A stretch of 63,461 bases of DNA, the filler included, from Caldilineae bacterium (lineage in GTDB: Bacteria > Chloroflexota > Anaerolineae > DTLA01): the NCBI GenBank assembly GCA_037446815.1. It is 5 parts of 5 records of this genome, joined end to end, with 100 filler letters (N's around TTAATTAATTAA, not from the genome) between each part and the next. Parts side by side here need not be neighbours in the genome. Positions count along the whole stretch, not along the records: positions 51,046 to 63,461 come from JBBIHX010000078.1; 4 more parts are not named here. One strand, 5' to 3'. The notes under the pieces were generated by a model. The model made no database searches and had not been told where the DNA came from. It saw only the letters and a program-made list of their open reading frames with translations. Below are positions 56,743 through 63,461 of this stretch, piece after piece. Position numbers and translations under genes: made by a program. Position 1 is the stretch's first letter, and each line of letters begins with the position of its first letter.

Positions 56743-59292
56743 ATGAGACGCACAACCTTTACCCTGTTGGCCCTGGTGCTCATCGTCAGCATGGCCCTGG
56801 CGGGCTGCGGCGCCAAGCCCACACCCACGGCCCCGCCGCCCTACCAGGCCAAACCGACGCCGACTCCTGAGCCGACGACCCCGCCGGAGCCGACAACTCC
56901 ACCGGCACCGGCCATTGACTGCATGGGCGCCAAGGCGGGGGACACCCTGACCCTGCTCTACCAGTGGTCCGGCGCCGAGGAAGAGAAACTCAACGCCATC
57001 CTCAAGCCCTTCGTGGATGCCTGCGGCGTCAAGATCGTCGCCCAGTCCACCCGCGATGCCGCCGTCCTGGACACCAAGGTCAAGTCCACCCCGCCGGACG
57101 TCGTCTTCTGGCCCACCACCGCGCCCCTCACCCTCTACACCGATAAACTCGTGGACCTCTCCACCCTCGGCGCGGACCCGGCCAACTACGCCGACTTCTG
57201 GAAAACCATGGGCACCGCAGGCGGCAAGTGGCTCGCCGTACCCGTCAAGGCCGACATCAAGACCATCATCTGGTACAGCCCGGCCAACTTCAAACTCTTC
57301 GGCTACGAGGTACCCAAGACCTGGGCCGACCTGGAAGCCCTCGTAGAGAAAATGGTCGCCGACAAGAACGTCCCCTGGTCCATGGGCATGGAATCCGGAC
57401 CCGCCACCGGCTGGACTGGCTCCGACTTCATCCAGGACATCCTCCTCGTCCAGCAAGGCCCTCAGTATGTCCTGGACATCATCTCCGGCAAGGTCCCCTA
57501 CAACGACCCAGGCGTCAAACAGGCCTTTGAAACCTACGGCAAGTGGGCCAAAGACCCCAAGTACACCGTAGGCGGCGCCACAGGCACCGTCTCCACCTCC
57601 TTCCTGGACGCCATCTACAAGGTCTTCTCCGACCCGCCGGAGGCCATGATGGTCAAACAGTCCGGCTTCGCTGGCGGCGAAATCGCCAAGCAGTACCCCA
57701 ACCTCAAGTACGGCACCGACTATGACTTCTTCCCGGTCCCAGGCGCCAAGGGCATGCAGGGCGGCGCTGACTTCATGATGGCCTTCAGCACCTCCCCTGC
57801 CACCAAGGCCCTCGTCGCCTACCTCACCGGCAAGGAAGGAGCCGCTCAGTGGGCCAAGGTCGGCTTTGACCTCTCGCCCAACAAACTCGCCCTCGGCAAC
57901 TACTCCGACCCCGCCCTCATCAAGAAGGCCGAGGCCCTCGCCGCTGCCGCAGGCTTCACCCCCGACATCGGCGACACCATCCCGGCACCCTTCGGCGAGG
58001 CCGAGTGGAAAGCCATCGTGGACTACGTCAACGGCGCCGACCTGGATACCGCACTGGCTGCCGCCGCCAAGGCCCAAGCCGACGCGCTCGGCCTGGGCAA
58101 GGTCGCCATTGACTGCATGGGCGCGAAGGCGGGGGACACCCTGACCCTGCTCTACCAGTGGTCCGGCGCCGAGGAAGAGAAACTCAACGCCATCCTCAAG
58201 CCCTTCGTGGATGCCTGCGGCGTCAAGATCGTCGCCCAGTCCACCCGCGATGCCGCCGTCCTGGACACCAAGGTCAAGTCCACCCCGCCGGACGTCGTCT
58301 TCTGGCCCACCACCGCGCCCCTCACCCTCTACACCGATAAACTCGTGGACCTCTCCACCCTCGGCGCGGACCCGGCCAACTACGCCGACTTCTGGAAAAC
58401 CATGGGCACCGCAGGCGGCAAGTGGCTCGCCGTACCCGTCAAGGCCGACATCAAGACCATCATCTGGTACAGCCCGGCCAACTTCAAACTCTTCGGCTAC
58501 GAGGTACCCAAGACCTGGGCCGACCTGGAAGCCCTCGTAGAGAAAATGGTCGCCGACAAGAACGTCCCCTGGTCCATGGGCATGGAATCCGGACCCGCCA
58601 CCGGCTGGACTGGCTCCGACTTCATCCAGGACATCCTCCTCGTCCAGCAAGGCCCTCAGTATGTCCTGGACATCATCTCCGGCAAGGTCCCCTACAACGA
58701 CCCAGGCGTCAAACAGGCCTTTGAAACCTACGGCAAGTGGGCCAAAGACCCCAAGTACACCGTAGGCGGCGCCACAGGCACCGTCTCCACCTCCTTCCTG
58801 GACGCCATCTACAAGGTCTTCTCCGACCCGCCGGAGGCCATGATGGTCAAACAGTCCGGCTTCGCTGGCGGCGAAATCGCCAAGCAGTACCCCAACCTCA
58901 AGTACGGCACCGACTATGACTTCTTCCCGGTCCCAGGCGCCAAGGGCATGCAGGGCGGCGCTGACTTCATGATGGCCTTCAGCACCTCCCCTGCCACCAA
59001 GGCCCTCGTCGCCTACCTCACCGGCAAGGAAGGAGCCGCTCAGTGGGCCAAGGTCGGCTTTGACCTCTCGCCCAACAAACTCGCCCTCGGCAACTACTCC
59101 GACCCCGCCCTCATCAAGAAGGCCGAGGCCCTCGCCGCTGCCGCAGGCTTCACCCCCGACATCGGCGACACCATCCCGGCACCCTTCGGCGAGGCCGAGT
59201 GGAAAGCCATCGTGGACTACGTCAACGGCGCCGACCTGGATACCGCACTGGCTGCCGCCGCCAAGGCCCAAGCCGACGCGCTGAAGAAGTAG
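56743..59292 (+). CDS. Sugar (alpha-glucoside, AglE-like) ABC substrate-binding lipoprotein with two identical tandem domains
   Basis: Lipobox LAGC; KADIKTIIWY, GPATGW; domain repeated. Confidence 0.9.
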   Translation: MRRTTFTLLALVLIVSMALAGCGAKPTPTAPPPYQAKPTPTPEPTTPPEPTTPPAPAIDCMGAKAGDTLTLLYQWSGAEEEKLNAILKPFVDACGVKIVAQSTRDAAVLDTKVKSTPPDVVFWPTTAPLTLYTDKLVDLSTLGADPANYADFWKTMGTAGGKWLAVPVKADIKTIIWYSPANFKLFGYEVPKTWADLEALVEKMVADKNVPWSMGMESGPATGWTGSDFIQDILLVQQGPQYVLDIISGKVPYNDPGVKQAFETYGKWAKDPKYTVGGATGTVSTSFLDAIYKVFSDPPEAMMVKQSGFAGGEIAKQYPNLKYGTDYDFFPVPGAKGMQGGADFMMAFSTSPATKALVAYLTGKEGAAQWAKVGFDLSPNKLALGNYSDPALIKKAEALAAAAGFTPDIGDTIPAPFGEAEWKAIVDYVNGADLDTALAAAAKAQADALGLGKVAIDCMGAKAGDTLTLLYQWSGAEEEKLNAILKPFVDACGVKIVAQSTRDAAVLDTKVKSTPPDVVFWPTTAPLTLYTDKLVDLSTLGADPANYADFWKTMGTAGGKWLAVPVKADIKTIIWYSPANFKLFGYEVPKTWADLEALVEKMVADKNVPWSMGMESGPATGWTGSDFIQDILLVQQGPQYVLDIISGKVPYNDPGVKQAFETYGKWAKDPKYTVGGATGTVSTSFLDAIYKVFSDPPEAMMVKQSGFAGGEIAKQYPNLKYGTDYDFFPVPGAKGMQGGADFMMAFSTSPATKALVAYLTGKEGAAQWAKVGFDLSPNKLALGNYSDPALIKKAEALAAAAGFTPDIGDTIPAPFGEAEWKAIVDYVNGADLDTALAAAAKAQADALKK
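56911..59282. repeat. Intragenic tandem duplication of ~1178 bp (period 1194)
   Basis: 56911-58088 vs 58105-59282; only difference seen is C56931/G58125 (synonymous); 16-nt unique linker. Confidence 0.95.
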
Positions 59293-59309
59293 CCTCTATC
59301 CGCACCGAA

Positions 59310-59339
59310 CTCGGGGCGCTCTTCCGGGAGCGCCCCGAG
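59310..59339 (+). promoter_or_regulatory. Intercistronic stem-loop after the binding-protein gene
   Basis: CTCGGGGCGCTC-TTCCGG-GAGCGCCCCGAG with no U-tract. Confidence 0.6.
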
Positions 59340-59389
59340 ACTCCGGCTATGTGATCTCTCCGACGCGGACCCTGGGAGAGGAGCAGAAG

Positions 59390-60307
59390 ATGACGCCCAA
59401 GGTCATGAAACAAGGCAAGTGGGTACCCTGGCTCTACCTGTCCGGCGCCCTGCTCATCATGGCGCTGTTCATCGTGTACCCGACCATCAACACCATCATC
59501 CTCAGCCTCCGCGACAAAACGGGGGCAAATCCCGCCTCCGCCGATTGCCTGCCCGGGCAACCCTGCTGGGGCTTGCTTGAGAACTACCGATACGCGCTGA
59601 CCGACCCAGACATGCTCCAGGCGCTGCGCAACAACGCGCTGTGGATTCTCCTGACGGTTCCGGGAACCGTGGCGGCCGGTCTTCTGTTCGCCGTCCTCAC
59701 CGACCGCGTCCGCTACGAGCGTTTCGCCAAGACCATCGTCTTCCTACCCATGGCCATATCCTTCGTCGGCGCGAGCGTCATCTGGAAATTCGTGTACCAC
59801 CTCCAGTCGGGGGGCGGCCCCCAAATCGGCGTGCTCAACGCCATTCTCGTAAGCCTGGGCGCGAACCCCATCGCCTGGCTTACCAACAAGAGTTGGATTG
59901 TCAACAACATCTCCCTCTGGGTGGTGTGGATTTGGCTCTGGGCGGGGTTCTGCATGACCATTCTTTCCGCAGCGCTAAAAGCGGTGCCCGGCGAGATCAT
60001 TGAGGCGGGGCGGGTGGATGGCGCAACGGAATGGCAAGTCTTCTGGCGCATCATGTTCCCCATCATCCTGCCCACCATCACCGTCGTCGCCACGACCATG
60101 ACCATCAATGTCCTCAAGGTATTTGACATCGTATTCGTCATGACCAACGGCTTGAACGGCACCGAGGTCATCGCCAACCGCATGTTCAAGTTCATCGTTA
60201 CCAATCAGGGCCGATCCACCGCCATCGCCGTGCTGCTGATCGCGCTTACGATACCGATTATGATCATCAACGTGCGGCGGTTCCGCGAACAGGAGAAGAT
60301 GCGATGA
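59390..60307 (+). CDS. Carbohydrate ABC permease (MalF/AglF-like)
   Basis: FLPMAISFVGA, EIIEAGRVDGA (EAA motif), LKVFD. Confidence 0.93.
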   Translation: MTPKVMKQGKWVPWLYLSGALLIMALFIVYPTINTIILSLRDKTGANPASADCLPGQPCWGLLENYRYALTDPDMLQALRNNALWILLTVPGTVAAGLLFAVLTDRVRYERFAKTIVFLPMAISFVGASVIWKFVYHLQSGGGPQIGVLNAILVSLGANPIAWLTNKSWIVNNISLWVVWIWLWAGFCMTILSAALKAVPGEIIEAGRVDGATEWQVFWRIMFPIILPTITVVATTMTINVLKVFDIVFVMTNGLNGTEVIANRMFKFIVTNQGRSTAIAVLLIALTIPIMIINVRRFREQEKMR

Positions 60308-61533
60308 GCGCCCAACGGCTCAAGAACCTGCTGGCCCGAATCCCCCTGCACGTCGCCATCATTGCCTTGTTGGTTGTGTGGCTGATTCCCACCGTGGGCA
60401 CATTCATCACGTCATTCCGTTCGCGCCAAGCCGTCCAGGAATCGGGGTGGTGGACGGTGTTTCTTGCACCGCCGACTCCCGGCCAGGCCGAATACCGCGC
60501 CGCCTGCGCGTCTTGCCACGGGAACGACGGCAAGGGCGTGGCGACCGCCGACCTGAGCGATCCTGCGTTCGTAGAACCGTATCTGAAGACCAATCGCCTG
60601 CTGCCCACGCTGCGCCAGTCCGTCGGCGGACAGGCCCACGTAACCAACCCGGAGTGGCAAGCCCTCATCCAGGACACCACGCGCACCCGCGAGGCGCTGG
60701 ATAGGCTCTCTGCCATCAGCGCCTACCTCGGGGCTCTGTCGGGCACGGGAAAGTCCGCCCAGTACAAACTCACGGCGAACAACTGGATTGACGCGCTGGT
60801 GGGATACAAGGGCACGGCCACCTACGCAGAGGACTGCGCGACCGGCGTCAGCGTCAGCGGGAAGTTCAAGTGCAACGCCAGCGACTTGCTCAACCCAGAG
60901 GGGATGGCGCGCGCGTTCCTGAACAGCATCGCGGTTACGATCCCCTCCACCATCCTGCCCATCCTATTCGCCGCCTGCGCCGCCTATGCCTTCTCGTGGA
61001 TGGACTTCCGCGGCCGCTCGTGGATGTTCGCCCTTCTCGTCGGCCTGCAAATTGTTCCGTTGCAGATGACCCTGGTGCCCATCGCCAGGCTCTACAGCAA
61101 ACTCGGATTGCAGAGCACTTTCCTCGGCATCTGGCTGTTCCATACGGGATTCGGCCTGCCGTACGCCATCTACCTGCTGCGGAACTTCCTGGGCGGCCTG
61201 CCGCGCGACCTGTTTGAGTCGGCCTATCTGGACGGCGCGAACCATTGGACGGCCTTCCGGCGGCTGGCCCTGCCGCTCACCGTGCCGGCCATCGCGTCGC
61301 TCGCCATCTTCCAGTTCCTGTGGGTGTGGAATGACCTGCTCGTCGCCATCATTTTGCTGCCGAGCAATCCTGTGCTAACCTATCAAATCACCAACCTGAT
61401 TGATCCCAGGGGCGGCAACTGGCACCTTCTGACCGCTGCGGCCTTCCTGTCCATGATCGTGCCCATGATTGTATTCCTGGCATTCCAGCGTTACTTCGTC
61501 CGCGGACTGCTTGCCGGCGCGGTCAAAGGATAA
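60304..61533 (+). CDS. Carbohydrate ABC permease (MalG/AglG-like) with an inserted cytochrome c-like domain
   Basis: TSFR...SGWW, insertion with ACASCHG, AAYAFSW, LFESAYLDGA, WVWNDLL, FQRYFVRGLLAGAVKG. Confidence 0.9.
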   Translation: MSAQRLKNLLARIPLHVAIIALLVVWLIPTVGTFITSFRSRQAVQESGWWTVFLAPPTPGQAEYRAACASCHGNDGKGVATADLSDPAFVEPYLKTNRLLPTLRQSVGGQAHVTNPEWQALIQDTTRTREALDRLSAISAYLGALSGTGKSAQYKLTANNWIDALVGYKGTATYAEDCATGVSVSGKFKCNASDLLNPEGMARAFLNSIAVTIPSTILPILFAACAAYAFSWMDFRGRSWMFALLVGLQIVPLQMTLVPIARLYSKLGLQSTFLGIWLFHTGFGLPYAIYLLRNFLGGLPRDLFESAYLDGANHWTAFRRLALPLTVPAIASLAIFQFLWVWNDLLVAIILLPSNPVLTYQITNLIDPRGGNWHLLTAAAFLSMIVPMIVFLAFQRYFVRGLLAGAVKG

Positions 61534-61560
61534 CCACCCGCAGTGCAACCGGGATAACAA

Positions 61561-61709
61561 TACTCGGTTCCCAAGTCTGTTGCCACCCGTCATTGCGAGG
61601 GCACGCAGTGCCCGAAGCAACCGCCGGGGCGCGGGGTTGCTTCGCTTCGCTCGCAATGACACGGGAGGAGAGTGCGCCTGCGGTTCGCTAACACAGTTGG
61701 AACCGACTC
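61561..61709. mobile_element. MITE/REPIN-like element with imperfect TIRs
   Basis: TACTCGGTTCCCAAGTCTGTTG ... TAACACAGTTGGAACCGACTC around GTCATTGCGAG...CTCGCAATGAC. Confidence 0.6.
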
Positions 61710-61747
61710 AACAACGATATCAACCTAAATCACATTAGAGAATACCT

Positions 61748-63385
<1,638 letters not shown>

Positions 63386-63461
63386 GAACCGCCCGCGCCA
63401 GGACTCCGCCCGCGCGCACACGCCCCCGCGCCCCCTCCGCCACACTCACCGCGCTAGGCGC

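Noticed and set aside
56647..59271. 874-aa minus-strand ORF
   Set aside because: Antisense shadow of the strongly codon-biased binding-protein gene; no recognisable motifs.

Overview
The window is five unrelated, GC-rich bacterial contigs (1-12879, 12980-25768, 25869-38401, 38502-50945, 51046-63461). They are joined by artificial 100-nt N/TTAATTAATTAA linkers and appear sorted by length, so adjacency across linkers is meaningless. Gene content and repeat style suggest a Chloroflexota (Anaerolineae-like) metagenome-assembled genome (inference). Recognisable genes: a giant double-M28 peptidase, heliorhodopsin, L,D-transpeptidase, DUF1998 helicase, a GT2/radical SAM/GT-C glycosylation operon, tkt (partial), hutH, an orphan EF-G paralog, three tRNAs, FTCD, an archaeal-type upper mevalonate operon, murE, a CsoR-family repressor with trxA, and a LacI/alpha-glucoside ABC/treS locus. 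Best candidates for undescribed biology: (1) 13.1-15.8 kb, where two identical 41-aa signal-peptide-like genes missing from the ORF track sit under a promoter with 11-bp-phased TGTGAG repeats; a second copy of that promoter and leader is fused to a Cys-rich secreted protein followed by a possible immunity gene, and an NHLP-clan-like protein lies downstream; (2) a sugar ABC permease carrying an inserted CxxCH cytochrome-c domain, paired with a near-perfectly duplicated binding protein; (3) an orphan structured sRNA with an anti-Shine-Dalgarno tail; (4) TIR-bounded modular REP elements. All calls are by eye, without database searches.
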